Shown here: piece by piece, positions 53,061 through 62,994 of the stretch | How the letters are laid out: each line of letters begins with the position of its first letter | Position numbering within the stretch: the first letter of the stretch is position 1 | From: an uncultured Candidatus Saccharibacteria bacterium | GTDB taxonomy: Bacteria > Patescibacteriota > Saccharimonadia > CAILAD01 > BJGX01 | Assembly (NCBI GenBank): GCA_964425715.1 | Contig: CAYRNO010000002.1 | Coordinates: 5,443 to 69,442 of the forward strand | Length of the DNA: 64,000 nucleotides | Reading direction: 5' to 3' | Made by a program: the position numbers and the translations under genes | Notes under the pieces: model-generated | Seen by the model: the letters and a program-made list of their open reading frames with translations, nothing else | What the model was told of the DNA's origin: nothing | The model's database searches: none

Positions 53061-54062
53061 ATGAAACTTCGTCATTTTCTATTTTTTATAGCTCTAATAG
53101 TAATAGTTGTACTTGCTTACAACCAATTTAACCAAGTACAGTCTTTCAAAGACCTGTTTAAGACTATTAATTGGTGGATATTGGCTTTGGTGATACCAAT
53201 GCGCTACTTATATTATAGATTTAATGCCAAATATTTTGAGTCGTTCTTTGCTATTTTTAAACAAAAAGCCAAGTTCAATCTTGTATTTGAATCAACTATT
53301 ACAATGAACTTTGTAAACATCGTCTTTCCATCCGGAGGTATTTCCGGGTTGTCTTATATCAGAAAGGTACTTAAAGACGATGTGGATAGCGCAAATGTAA
53401 CACTAGCTCAACTTAGTTGGTATGTTCTTAGCTTTATTGCCTATATCGGATTTTTGTTATTTGGATTTGTATTACTACTATTATCAAATCAAGTAATCAA
53501 AGTCAGTTCAAGGTTAATTATTTTAGTGATGTTTATAATTATTACAGTAAGTATTGCGCTGATATTGTTTATATTCAATAAGAAATTTGTAGAAAACGCG
53601 GCTTATTTTGCTGTAAAGCCACTTAATAAAATACTAGGCCTAGTACGAAAACGAATACTAGGTAGAAATAGAATTAAGAATTTTATCGGTCAATTACACG
53701 GATCAATTCTATTTCTCAGAGACAATAGAGATAAGCTGGGTAGACCACTTCTTTATACTAGTCTTATGATCCTGTTTGATTTACTTACAATCTATATTGT
53801 GTTTTTGTCATTTGGACAGATTATAAATCCAGGCATCGTGATAGCGGGATATGTCATCGCACTAATTACTTCACTAGCTTCTGTAGTGACAGCAGGGGTA
53901 GGAGTATATGAAGCTGGAATGGTGGCTACTTTTGTGGGATTAAATATACCTTTCGATATTGCATTCGCAGTTACCATAGTCTATCGAATAGTTTCGCTTT
54001 GGTTATTTATACCCGTAGGATTGTTATTTTATAAAAGGACATTATTGGATAAAAAAGAATAA
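53061..54062 (+). CDS. polytopic membrane protein, YbhN/UPF0104 flippase-like (tentative)
   Basis: 333 aa with ~8 TM helices. The size and topology recall the LPG-synthase-TM/UPF0104 family. There is no decisive motif. Confidence 0.45.
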   Translation: MKLRHFLFFIALIVIVVLAYNQFNQVQSFKDLFKTINWWILALVIPMRYLYYRFNAKYFESFFAIFKQKAKFNLVFESTITMNFVNIVFPSGGISGLSYIRKVLKDDVDSANVTLAQLSWYVLSFIAYIGFLLFGFVLLLLSNQVIKVSSRLIILVMFIIITVSIALILFIFNKKFVENAAYFAVKPLNKILGLVRKRILGRNRIKNFIGQLHGSILFLRDNRDKLGRPLLYTSLMILFDLLTIYIVFLSFGQIINPGIVIAGYVIALITSLASVVTAGVGVYEAGMVATFVGLNIPFDIAFAVTIVYRIVSLWLFIPVGLLFYKRTLLDKKE

Positions 54063-55252
54063 TGGATATAATAGAAGATCAAGTATATAGTGTATCGGAA
54101 TTCGTAGGGCTACTAAATAATAATTTGGAATATTCTTATCCTGAAATAATTGTCACTGGAGAAGTATCAAGTTTTAAAATAAATCAAAATAAATGGGTGT
54201 TTTTTGATATCAAAGATAATGAATGTAGTGTGAGTTGTTTTATGACAATTTATCAACTCAAGACACCTATAGAAGATGGGATGCTGATAAAGGTTCGATG
54301 CACTCCAAAGCTTACAAACTGGGGTAAATTTTCACTCACTATCAAGTCTATCGATCTTGCAGGTGAAGGGTCTATCAAAAAATCTTTTGAGATTTTGTAT
54401 GCCAAGCTGGAAAAAGAAGGTCTATTTTTGGATTCTAAGAAACGAAACTTACCTACATATCCGAAAAGAATAGGGCTAATTACATCAAAACAAGCCGCTG
54501 CTTATAATGATTTCGTCACTATTATCAACCAAAGATGGTCGGGTCTCGCGATAGATCACGCCCAGGTCCAAGTACAGGGGGAGAGTGCAGTGGACCAGAT
54601 AACATCAGCTATAGAATATTTTGGTACTAAAAGTGACATATATGACATTATTGTTATTACTAGAGGCGGAGGTAGTTTGGAAGATTTGCAAGCTTTCAAT
54701 ACTGAACCACTAGTAAGGGCAATCAGCGGATCTAAAGTTCCCACGGTGGTTGCAATTGGTCACGAGGACGATATAAGCCTCGCAGAACTCGCTGCAGACC
54801 AAAGAGCTACTACCCCAACTAATGCAGCCCAACTGATTACACCCGATAAGACCGAGCAAGCTACAACAATAAATAATGCCATTAGGCATATGGTTTTCGA
54901 ACTTGAATCTAAAATAATGGTACAACGTAAATACATCGAAGAGTTTAGCTCAGTATTTAGAACTATAGCTGCTAATACTACTGAAAAGTTAAATAGTCTG
55001 ATTAATAAGCTGTTTGGTAACATTGATGCAGTTGTTGTAAATAATATCAATCTTGTAAATAACTATCAGCAATCTTTAAAGCTATTGGATCCAAACCTTG
55101 TTCTTAAAAGAGGGTATTCTCTTGTAAGACTAGAAAATACCATAATAAGCTCTGTCAATCAGATAAATAATGATGATATTTTAGATATACAATTCACAGA
55201 CGGCAATGCGAGTGCTAGAGTAATTGATACAATTAAACAAAAGGAGAAGTAA
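54062..55252 (+). CDS. xseA: exodeoxyribonuclease VII large subunit
   Basis: N-terminal OB fold (VTGEVSSFKINQNKWVFFDIKD), then GLITSKQAAAYNDF and ITRGGGSLEDLQAFN. It is followed by xseB with a 1-nt overlap. Confidence 0.85.
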   Translation: MDIIEDQVYSVSEFVGLLNNNLEYSYPEIIVTGEVSSFKINQNKWVFFDIKDNECSVSCFMTIYQLKTPIEDGMLIKVRCTPKLTNWGKFSLTIKSIDLAGEGSIKKSFEILYAKLEKEGLFLDSKKRNLPTYPKRIGLITSKQAAAYNDFVTIINQRWSGLAIDHAQVQVQGESAVDQITSAIEYFGTKSDIYDIIVITRGGGSLEDLQAFNTEPLVRAISGSKVPTVVAIGHEDDISLAELAADQRATTPTNAAQLITPDKTEQATTINNAIRHMVFELESKIMVQRKYIEEFSSVFRTIAANTTEKLNSLINKLFGNIDAVVVNNINLVNNYQQSLKLLDPNLVLKRGYSLVRLENTIISSVNQINNDDILDIQFTDGNASARVIDTIKQKEK

Positions 55253-55467
55253 TGACAAAAAGCAATAATACCAAGATAACAAAAGATTTTGACTTTGCTA
55301 GTGCCATGAAAGAACTATCTGAGATTACACAGTATCTTGAGAATTCTGAGGTAGATCTAGATAAGGCTGTTACAAAGTTCAAACGAGGCAGTGAGCTTGC
55401 AAGAAATCTGAAAAAATACCTAGAAGAGACTGAGAATACAATACAGACTATAAAAGCCGACTTTTAG
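55252..55467 (+). CDS. xseB: exodeoxyribonuclease VII small subunit
   Basis: 71-aa helical protein (FASAMKELSEITQYLENSEVDLDKAVTKFKRGSELARNL) immediately after xseA. Confidence 0.7.
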   Translation: MTKSNNTKITKDFDFASAMKELSEITQYLENSEVDLDKAVTKFKRGSELARNLKKYLEETENTIQTIKADF

Positions 55468-55516
55468 TTAAAATACATTTACAAATTAGTACTAATATGG
55501 TATTATTTGTTCAATT

Positions 55517-55918
55517 ATGAAAGATCAGATACCAGAATACTTTTTAGCGCTTATTAAACAATTTGCCAATTTATCTAGTAACCAGCAAGCGGAGCGAGCA
55601 GTTATCAACATATCCGAATCCCTGGATAAATGTTTAGATTATGGGTCGAGAAAATTATTTTTTGATCTCGTTCCTAAATATTTATATAATAATCACACTA
55701 CTTTTTTATCAAATTTAAGAACTAGAAATACACTCTACGATCACTCGATTCTTATTGATAGAATCAAGCTCAAGCAAAATCTTACAGACGATACAGAAGT
55801 AAGAAGTCTATTAAAAGCATACATAGAAACAATTAATATTGTAGTAGGTCAGTCTAGTGCAAATAAAATTAAGAATGTGATTCCATCTGAATTAAAAAGC
55901 TATATTGATTATAAATGA
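55517..55918 (+). CDS. hypothetical protein
   Basis: 133-aa ORF with no recognisable motif. Confidence 0.45.
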   Translation: MKDQIPEYFLALIKQFANLSSNQQAERAVINISESLDKCLDYGSRKLFFDLVPKYLYNNHTTFLSNLRTRNTLYDHSILIDRIKLKQNLTDDTEVRSLLKAYIETINIVVGQSSANKIKNVIPSELKSYIDYK

Positions 55919-55921
55919 AGT

Positions 55922-56764
55922 ATGTATAATATAAAGCTCACAATTCAAGATGATTCAATAGACTATCAAAAGATTCTTTTCGAGAGACCTATTAGCAGAT
56001 TGCATACAAAGCATATTGGAGTAATTGCTAGTAGAAATATTAAGATATCGAAGCTAAATAACATTTATAATATAGTTAATGATTTTAAGCATCAAATACA
56101 TGTCATAGCTGAACCTGAGATCAAACAGCTTGGAATACCAGCTGATTTATACTTATCTAGTCCTAACAAAAAAAGTGTAGCGTATTCTAATACTGATATT
56201 GCAATCGAGATACTAAATAGCTGTAATTTTTCAATTCTTGGTATTGGATATGATCAAAATTCAAAGATGCAACTTTTGTTAGAAGAAATATTTAAATCAG
56301 CTCATACAAGTTTGGCAATCTACCCGAAGTGCCTTGATATGCTTAAAACATCGATGGAAATATTGCAAAATAGAGAAGGTGAAATTCTACTTTGCAATAC
56401 AGATAGTATTACTAAATTGATAAAATACCTTGGATTAGATATACATATCAATACTGGTTTGTCGATTACAAAAACTGCAGAGATTCTTGCGGTCTTAGCT
56501 CATAATATTCGAAGCAATATAGTTTATTTTCAAAAAGATCAAATAATAATGGCTGATTATCTTACACCTGGATCAATAGGTGTAATTAACTTAGATCATC
56601 AAACAGCTACTTTACCTTCAGAAATTTTTGTAGCAATATTTACGAGTTTGCTATGTGATATATCTGACACACAGAGTGATATGATGCTGAGATTCCTAAC
56701 TTCAGGATATTTATTGAAAAAATATTTATTTGATTATAACAATTTCAAAAGTGCTTTAAAATAG
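55922..56764 (+). CDS. hypothetical protein
   Basis: 280-aa ORF starting 4 nt after the previous stop. No decisive motif. Confidence 0.5.
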   Translation: MYNIKLTIQDDSIDYQKILFERPISRLHTKHIGVIASRNIKISKLNNIYNIVNDFKHQIHVIAEPEIKQLGIPADLYLSSPNKKSVAYSNTDIAIEILNSCNFSILGIGYDQNSKMQLLLEEIFKSAHTSLAIYPKCLDMLKTSMEILQNREGEILLCNTDSITKLIKYLGLDIHINTGLSITKTAEILAVLAHNIRSNIVYFQKDQIIMADYLTPGSIGVINLDHQTATLPSEIFVAIFTSLLCDISDTQSDMMLRFLTSGYLLKKYLFDYNNFKSALK

Positions 56765-56776
56765 TAAATAATTTCT

Positions 56777-56861
56777 TGGTGCCGCTGGTCGGACTCGAAC
56801 CGACATGTCGTTAGACACACGATTTTGAGTCGTGCGTGTCTACCAGTTCCACCACAGCGGC
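56777..56861 (-). tRNA. tRNA-Leu (anticodon CAA), CCA encoded
   Basis: The minus-strand sequence is GCCGCTGTGGTGGAACTGGTAGACACGCACGACTCAAAATCGTGTGTCTAACGACATGTCGGTTCGAGTCCGACCAGCGGCACCA. It has a 7-bp acceptor stem, the anticodon loop CTCAAAA, a long variable arm and the T-loop GGTTCGAGTCC. Confidence 0.92.
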
Positions 56862-56939
56862 AAAAACCTTACAGTTATTTTTAAGCTCATGTGGATCATT
56901 TGTATTATAATAGTAATAACATAAAATTCCAATGTATTT

Positions 56940-58094
56940 ATGAGCCCCAAAACCCCCAAACAATCACTTGAATTACCGGATATAAATCCTAAAGCCCAAC
57001 TACCTAATCAAAATACTGGGTTTAATATCAACAACATTCCACGATTTCACAATCCAAATGCTTCCAAGCCTAAATCCACTATTACGCTCAAAGACAAGGT
57101 AAGCCAGCTCAAACAAGAGGAGCTTAACCAAAAAGAATTACCCAAAAAGCCCAATACAATGCCAGAAATTCATAGCCCAGTAAATCCAGATATGGCTAAA
57201 AAACAAAAAGCCCAAAAAAAACTCCAAAAAATGCGAGCGCATAAACACTTTACTACTATAAGATTTGCAATAATCAGCTTCATAGTATTCATACTAATCT
57301 TCAACTCTCAGTTTCTATATAGTCAAGCTCTTTATCTTTACTCCAGAACACCTTTCGCACCCAAAATACAAACTACAATAAATCCCGTAAATCCAACGAA
57401 TGTACCGACTCAATCTGCACAAGTTGTTGGTCCTGAAAATCTTATTATTATTCCAAAAATCGGTGTCACCGCACCCTTGATATTCCCGGAGACCATCGAA
57501 GAGAGAGCAGTGTTAAGAGCCCTTCAAGATGGTGTAGTACATTACTCCGGAACAGCCAACCCAGGTGAAAATGGAAACGCTGTATTTTTTGGTCATTCAA
57601 GTAATGACATATGGGAACCAGGAAATTATAAATTTGTATTCGTACTTTTAGAAAAGTTAGTTCCAGGTGATCAATACGAGATACATTATCAATCTAGAAA
57701 ATATATATATACAGTTGAAGAAACAAAAGTAGTCGAACCAACTGAGCTATCCGTGTTAGACCAAACATCTGCACCTTACTCAACTTTGATCACCTGTACA
57801 CCACCTGGAACCAACTGGAGAAGGTTTATTGTTAAGGCTAAGCAAACAGAGCCAATTCCTAAGGCTTCACAAGCGCCCGTAGTTACTACTCAGGTACAGA
57901 AAGATGTCCAAACTACCTTACCAAGTGCTCCACCTACTCTGATAGAGCAGATCCAAGTATTCTTTAGTAATTTGCTCAATACAATTTTAGGCAAAAATTC
58001 AAACGAGAATACTCAGCCATCCACTCAACCCAATCAGCCAAGCAATCATTTACCTGAAGTTTCTCGTAAAGTTGAAATGCCGACTACTTTTTAG
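56940..58094 (+). CDS. sortase family transpeptidase with long N-terminal extension
   Basis: A TM helix (FAIISFIVFILIFNSQFLY) precedes the sortase core: FFGHSS (His), TLITCTP (Cys) and NWRRFIV (Arg). Confidence 0.85.
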   Translation: MSPKTPKQSLELPDINPKAQLPNQNTGFNINNIPRFHNPNASKPKSTITLKDKVSQLKQEELNQKELPKKPNTMPEIHSPVNPDMAKKQKAQKKLQKMRAHKHFTTIRFAIISFIVFILIFNSQFLYSQALYLYSRTPFAPKIQTTINPVNPTNVPTQSAQVVGPENLIIIPKIGVTAPLIFPETIEERAVLRALQDGVVHYSGTANPGENGNAVFFGHSSNDIWEPGNYKFVFVLLEKLVPGDQYEIHYQSRKYIYTVEETKVVEPTELSVLDQTSAPYSTLITCTPPGTNWRRFIVKAKQTEPIPKASQAPVVTTQVQKDVQTTLPSAPPTLIEQIQVFFSNLLNTILGKNSNENTQPSTQPNQPSNHLPEVSRKVEMPTTF

Positions 58095-59484
58095 TCAGAT
58101 AGAGCTTATATAGTTTGCCGGAATTATTAAGAGGTATAATACTTTTTTGGCTTGGTTGAATACCGAAATCAACAATGTCATTTATAGGGGTCAAAAGATA
58201 GTTATTTTGACCATCATAATCTAAAAATCTTACTGTATTATTTTGCTGTATCACCAAATGATAATCATCATACCATTGCCAATTTTGTAAACCGAGCAAA
58301 TTAGCTTCATAGCTCTCATCTTGATTGAATTCCAAATCTAGTGATCTAAGAATATTGTTCTGATTATAAACTAAGAATCTACTATTAGGATTAATGGACT
58401 GGTTTGATACATTTAATCCAATTTGTTTGGTTGACTTCGATCCACTGGTTTTTTGATAGGGATTTTTTGTAAGCTCAGCACGCATGTCAGTTTTATAGAT
58501 AAGACTGAGATATTCAGCGTATCTCGATCTAATAAATAAAATATCATAACCTTTTGGGTCAAATTCGATTTGATTTATGAGTATTTCATTGGTACCTGAC
58601 AGGTCATAGCTCAATAGACGCGCTAATTGTTTATTTTCAGGATCTTGTTTTACAACCATCAGCCTATCTTCCTCAACGTCTAGCTGAAAAATAGAATCGA
58701 TAATATTGGACGAGATGCTGTTTTCAGATATTTGTATTTTCTTGAGCACTCCAGATTCTAGCCAAAATAACTCTGAGCTATTCTTGGGGTTGAATCTTAA
58801 ATCATTAAAACTAAAACCAAATTCTTGCGTAAGATTAGTTGTTTTTGAGTTCGAAGTATCTAGTACTAATGTCTGGATAGCAGTACTAGATAATTTTTGA
58901 TTAAATAACAGACGTTGACCGTCACTTGAGAGCTGTATGCCATATATTTCTATAACTTGTGTATCTGGATTGTTTGATTGAGGGGCTACATATAGAGCCT
59001 TTATTGTATCTTCGTCAGAAAGCGAATATATTGTGAGTGATTTATTCGATACACCGAAAGTTTTTTTGTTTTCAGATTGCACAATATCGCTAAAAATAAT
59101 ATCCTCACTTATTTGTTTTTGACCCAAAACACTCGGTAGTAATATGGAATAATTTACAAATGTAACCTCACCAGGAATTACTACTGATTCTTTCAGCCAA
59201 TCTCTATATCCGTCTTTCTTAAGCTCAACCCCTATATTACCAGCAGGAGCACTGCTATATCTAAATGGAGTTTTTTTGTTTATGCTTTTACTGTTTAGAA
59301 ATATCTCGGCATTATTAGGATTAGAATCTATCAACACTAAACCTGTTTTATATATCTGATTGTGAAGAGCGTCGTAATTGTACCCTTGAGCGAATGCTAC
59401 GAGTATCAAAGTACCAATAACTATAATGATAATCGCGGTAATTGAAACAATCCACTGTCTGAAGCTGGTGACTTTTTTTACCAT
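58084..59484 (-). CDS. PEGA-domain membrane-anchored protein with beta-propeller-like C-terminal region
   Basis: N-terminal TM helix and a PEGA-like segment (IDSNPNNAEIFLNSKSINKKTPFRYSSAPAGNIGVELKKDGYRDW). Its 3' end overlaps the sortase 3' end by 11 nt (convergent). Confidence 0.65.
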   Translation of the reverse strand: MVKKVTSFRQWIVSITAIIIIVIGTLILVAFAQGYNYDALHNQIYKTGLVLIDSNPNNAEIFLNSKSINKKTPFRYSSAPAGNIGVELKKDGYRDWLKESVVIPGEVTFVNYSILLPSVLGQKQISEDIIFSDIVQSENKKTFGVSNKSLTIYSLSDEDTIKALYVAPQSNNPDTQVIEIYGIQLSSDGQRLLFNQKLSSTAIQTLVLDTSNSKTTNLTQEFGFSFNDLRFNPKNSSELFWLESGVLKKIQISENSISSNIIDSIFQLDVEEDRLMVVKQDPENKQLARLLSYDLSGTNEILINQIEFDPKGYDILFIRSRYAEYLSLIYKTDMRAELTKNPYQKTSGSKSTKQIGLNVSNQSINPNSRFLVYNQNNILRSLDLEFNQDESYEANLLGLQNWQWYDDYHLVIQQNNTVRFLDYDGQNNYLLTPINDIVDFGIQPSQKSIIPLNNSGKLYKLYLTKK

Positions 59485-59566
59485 AGTTTTTACATATTAT
59501 ACTATTTTTTTGCAAATAAGTGAAGGTATTTTGGCTATAAGCCAATAAATTTGTTAAAATGTTTGT

Positions 59567-60574
59567 ATGTTTTCAAAAAGAATTGCGATTGATTTAGGTA
59601 CCGCTAATACCAGGGTTTATTTACCTAAAAAAGGAATAGTAGCAAATGAGCCGTCTGTTGTTGCTGTAAGTGTAGATGACAATAGAATTGTAGCTATAGG
59701 GAATGAGGCAAAAGAAATGCTTGGGCGGACTCCCGATATAATCACTGCCTCTAGACCTTATAAAGATGGAGTAATTGCTGATTATAGAATAACTCAAGCA
59801 TTATTAAAGTATCTGATCAACAAAATAGCAGGTCGACTTAGATTTAGAAGGCCAGAGCTCATGATAAGCGTCCCGACCGGTATAACATCTACCGAACGCC
59901 GAGCTGTAATAGATGCGGCAATGAGTGCAGGTGCCAAGAGAGTATATATAGTCAGAGCCCCCGTAGCAGCAGCGATAGGGGCAAATGTACCAATTGCAGC
60001 TCCTGCAGGTAATCTTGTTGTAGATATCGGTGAAGGTACTACTGAAGTTGCAATTATCAGCTTAGGGGGAATAGTAGCGCAACATAGTGTAAGAATAGCT
60101 GGGGGTAAAATAGACAATGCAATATCAGACTATATTCGCAAGAAGTATGGATTGGTTATTGGGTCTAGGACAGCGGAAGATATCAAAAAAGAAATCGGTT
60201 CAGCATTACAGCTAGAAAAACCTCTAAAAATGCAGATACGTGGTCGTGATGTTGTTGCAGGCTTACCTAAAACTATAGAGCTAAATTCTACCGATGTCAC
60301 CGAAGCGATCAGCGAAAGGTTAGATGACATTATCTTGGCAGTAAAAGCAGTATTGGAGCAAACACCACCAGAATTATCAAGTGATATTATCGACAGAGGA
60401 ATGATTATGACTGGTGGAGGTAGTTTGTTACGTAATATCGATAAACTTATGACCAAAGTCACCGGCGTGCCTAGCTATGTCGCAGAAGAACCATTGCTTT
60501 GCGTAATAAAAGGCACAGGGATTGCTCTAGAAAACTTAGATGACTATATGCGATCAGTTATTTCTAATCGTTAA
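59567..60574 (+). CDS. second MreB/Mbl-type actin homologue
   Basis: IAIDLGTANTRVY, VVDIGEGTTEVAIISLGG and MTGGGSLLRNID. It is a paralogue of the 22313 gene. Confidence 0.9.
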   Translation: MFSKRIAIDLGTANTRVYLPKKGIVANEPSVVAVSVDDNRIVAIGNEAKEMLGRTPDIITASRPYKDGVIADYRITQALLKYLINKIAGRLRFRRPELMISVPTGITSTERRAVIDAAMSAGAKRVYIVRAPVAAAIGANVPIAAPAGNLVVDIGEGTTEVAIISLGGIVAQHSVRIAGGKIDNAISDYIRKKYGLVIGSRTAEDIKKEIGSALQLEKPLKMQIRGRDVVAGLPKTIELNSTDVTEAISERLDDIILAVKAVLEQTPPELSSDIIDRGMIMTGGGSLLRNIDKLMTKVTGVPSYVAEEPLLCVIKGTGIALENLDDYMRSVISNR

Positions 60575-60577
60575 CTA

Positions 60578-61864
60578 ATGACAAAAAAACTATCATACAT
60601 AAATATCGCCGCGGTGCTTCTCGCATTACTTTTGATAATCATGCCTTTTCATGCTGCACTAGTAACTATATATGGCAATTTTTTACCTTATAAGATAGCT
60701 TTGATGGCCTGGAAAGAAGTCTTGATTTCGATTATTGGAGTACTCTGCGCGTTTGCAGTATACAAAGATAGAAGCCTGCTAAAGCTAGATATAATCAATA
60801 AAATAGCAATTGGTATTTTGCTATTTAGTGTATTTATATCACTGGTTAATTACAGTGAGCTAAGTGCTCTAATAGTTGGCATTAAGACTAATCTCGTAGT
60901 ATTTGTTCTGTATCTAGAAGCCCAAGTGTTGGCAAGCAAGTATAATTATGTCAATATCGTCAAGATTGTACTTATTCCAGCTAGTATAGTCGCAATTATT
61001 GCGATATTACAACCTGTTTTATTCAAGCCAGAAGTACTAAATATGATTGGCTATGGAAGTGATTCGATTGATTCATTGCAATATGTAGAATCGGCACAAG
61101 ATTCGCTAAGAGTATTCTCAACACTCGGTGGACCAAATCAACTAGGTGCATACTTAATAGTCCCATTTACCCTAAGCTTGGCATTGGCCATAAAGTCCAG
61201 AAAGATTATTTGGTATTTTTTGCCATTATTTTTCTTACTTCCAATATTCATGAGCTATTCAAGGAGTGCATGGATTGGCACTATAGTTGCTGCAATCACC
61301 GTAATTTTGATGCAGTTTAAATTTAAGATACAGTTGATTGTAGGCATGATGCTCATAATTTTGTTGGCTACTTTTGGATATTTATTCTATAGCGGAGGAG
61401 TGTGTAAGTATTTTTCAGATCCTATAGGTATATTGGTCCATGGAAGTTGCCAATCTGGCAATCTAGGTGGATCAGACATGATTAGAGTGAATTCCATCCA
61501 AAACGGTATAAACACGATTACTTCCAATCCATTGGGAAATGGAGTAGGTACCGCTGGGCCGGCCAGCTTCTATACCAGTAAGCCTTTGATCGTCGAGAAC
61601 TGGTACATACAAATTGCAATAGAAATAGGAATTATAGGACTGATGTTATACATAGCTTTTATATTTATGAACTTAAAAAAGCTATACAAAGAAAGTATGC
61701 ATAAGAAAAATTCTGTTTTGCCTATTACTTTGCTTGCATCATTATGCGGTATATTAGTAACTTCATTATTTCTTCATACTCTTGCAGATAGTACGCTAAG
61801 TATTTTGTTGTTTGGCTTACTGGGATTAGTAATTAACAATAGATTTAAGGAGCAAGTTTTGTGA
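60578..61864 (+). CDS. O-antigen ligase/polymerase (Wzy_C) family membrane protein
   Basis: About 10-12 TM helices, with the YSRSAWIG motif before the large periplasmic loop. Confidence 0.7.
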   Translation: MTKKLSYINIAAVLLALLLIIMPFHAALVTIYGNFLPYKIALMAWKEVLISIIGVLCAFAVYKDRSLLKLDIINKIAIGILLFSVFISLVNYSELSALIVGIKTNLVVFVLYLEAQVLASKYNYVNIVKIVLIPASIVAIIAILQPVLFKPEVLNMIGYGSDSIDSLQYVESAQDSLRVFSTLGGPNQLGAYLIVPFTLSLALAIKSRKIIWYFLPLFFLLPIFMSYSRSAWIGTIVAAITVILMQFKFKIQLIVGMMLIILLATFGYLFYSGGVCKYFSDPIGILVHGSCQSGNLGGSDMIRVNSIQNGINTITSNPLGNGVGTAGPASFYTSKPLIVENWYIQIAIEIGIIGLMLYIAFIFMNLKKLYKESMHKKNSVLPITLLASLCGILVTSLFLHTLADSTLSILLFGLLGLVINNRFKEQVL

Positions 61865-62994
61865 AAGTTGCACTTGTGTATGACTGGCTCAATGTTAAGG
61901 TTGGTGGGGGTGAGACCACATTTATAGAAATATCAAAACTATACCCCGAAGCTGATATATATTGTCTAGTTTACAACCAAAGTAAATTCCAAAAGTATTT
62001 TGATAACCGTCATATAAAGACAAGTCGACTTCAAAAACTACCAAATTTCATTAAGAAACGACCTCAATTTATGTTACCGTTTATTAAAAATACTGTAAAT
62101 AATCTTAATTTGAAAGGATATGATCTAGTAATATCGGTATCTAGTGCTTGGGTGAAGAACATACGAGTTGACGATAAAACAATTCATATTTGTTATTGTT
62201 ATAGCCCCGCTCGGATGATATGGGATAGCTGGCCAAAATACTTAGATACCCAAAAGATTGGTCCACTTCGATTGGGTGCAATTTCTAGGTTTTTCATTAC
62301 TAAAATGGTTTCAAAGATTAGACTGTGGGACTTTTACTCTACTGACCATGTAGATGGCTTTATTGCAATCAGTAAATTTATTCAAGGTAGGATAACTAAA
62401 TTTTATAGAAGAAAAAGTGAATTGGTATATCCTCCTGTTATTTTAGGAGAAGGAACACTCGTACCCAGCAATAAAAGAGATTATTTTTTGATACTCTCTA
62501 GTTTAAGTAATTATAAGAATATAGATATTGCTATTAAAGCATGCATGGAATGTAATAAAAAACTAGTCATTGTGGGCGATGGTCCAGATAAAAAAAGGTT
62601 GATGGATATTGCGGGTAATAATAAGAATATTGAATTTGCCGGAAGGGTAGATGAAGATAAAAAATGGGAATACCATAAACGTGCAAAAGCTCTGATATTT
62701 CCAAGCATTGAAGATTTCGGAATAGCACCAGTGGAAGCTATGAGTGTCGGTACACCAATTATTGCACTTAAGGGCGGCGGACTGTCTGAGACAGTTCAGG
62801 ATAAAATAAGTGGAATATTTTATAATGACTACAATAGTCTTACGGTTGTATTGAACAACTTCGAAACATATAGCTTTATACCTAATAAAGTTCGAAACTC
62901 AGCGATGCAGTATGATATAGATAAGTTTAATACTAACTTTGTGCATAAAGTTAATAAATTATATAAATTAGGTAAGTATGAAAAACAAAACTAA
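61861..62994 (+). CDS. glycosyltransferase family 4
   Basis: The C-terminal GT-B signature is FPSIEDFGIAPVEAMSVGTPIIALKGGGLSETV (EX7E type). Confidence 0.8.
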   Translation: MKVALVYDWLNVKVGGGETTFIEISKLYPEADIYCLVYNQSKFQKYFDNRHIKTSRLQKLPNFIKKRPQFMLPFIKNTVNNLNLKGYDLVISVSSAWVKNIRVDDKTIHICYCYSPARMIWDSWPKYLDTQKIGPLRLGAISRFFITKMVSKIRLWDFYSTDHVDGFIAISKFIQGRITKFYRRKSELVYPPVILGEGTLVPSNKRDYFLILSSLSNYKNIDIAIKACMECNKKLVIVGDGPDKKRLMDIAGNNKNIEFAGRVDEDKKWEYHKRAKALIFPSIEDFGIAPVEAMSVGTPIIALKGGGLSETVQDKISGIFYNDYNSLTVVLNNFETYSFIPNKVRNSAMQYDIDKFNTNFVHKVNKLYKLGKYEKQN

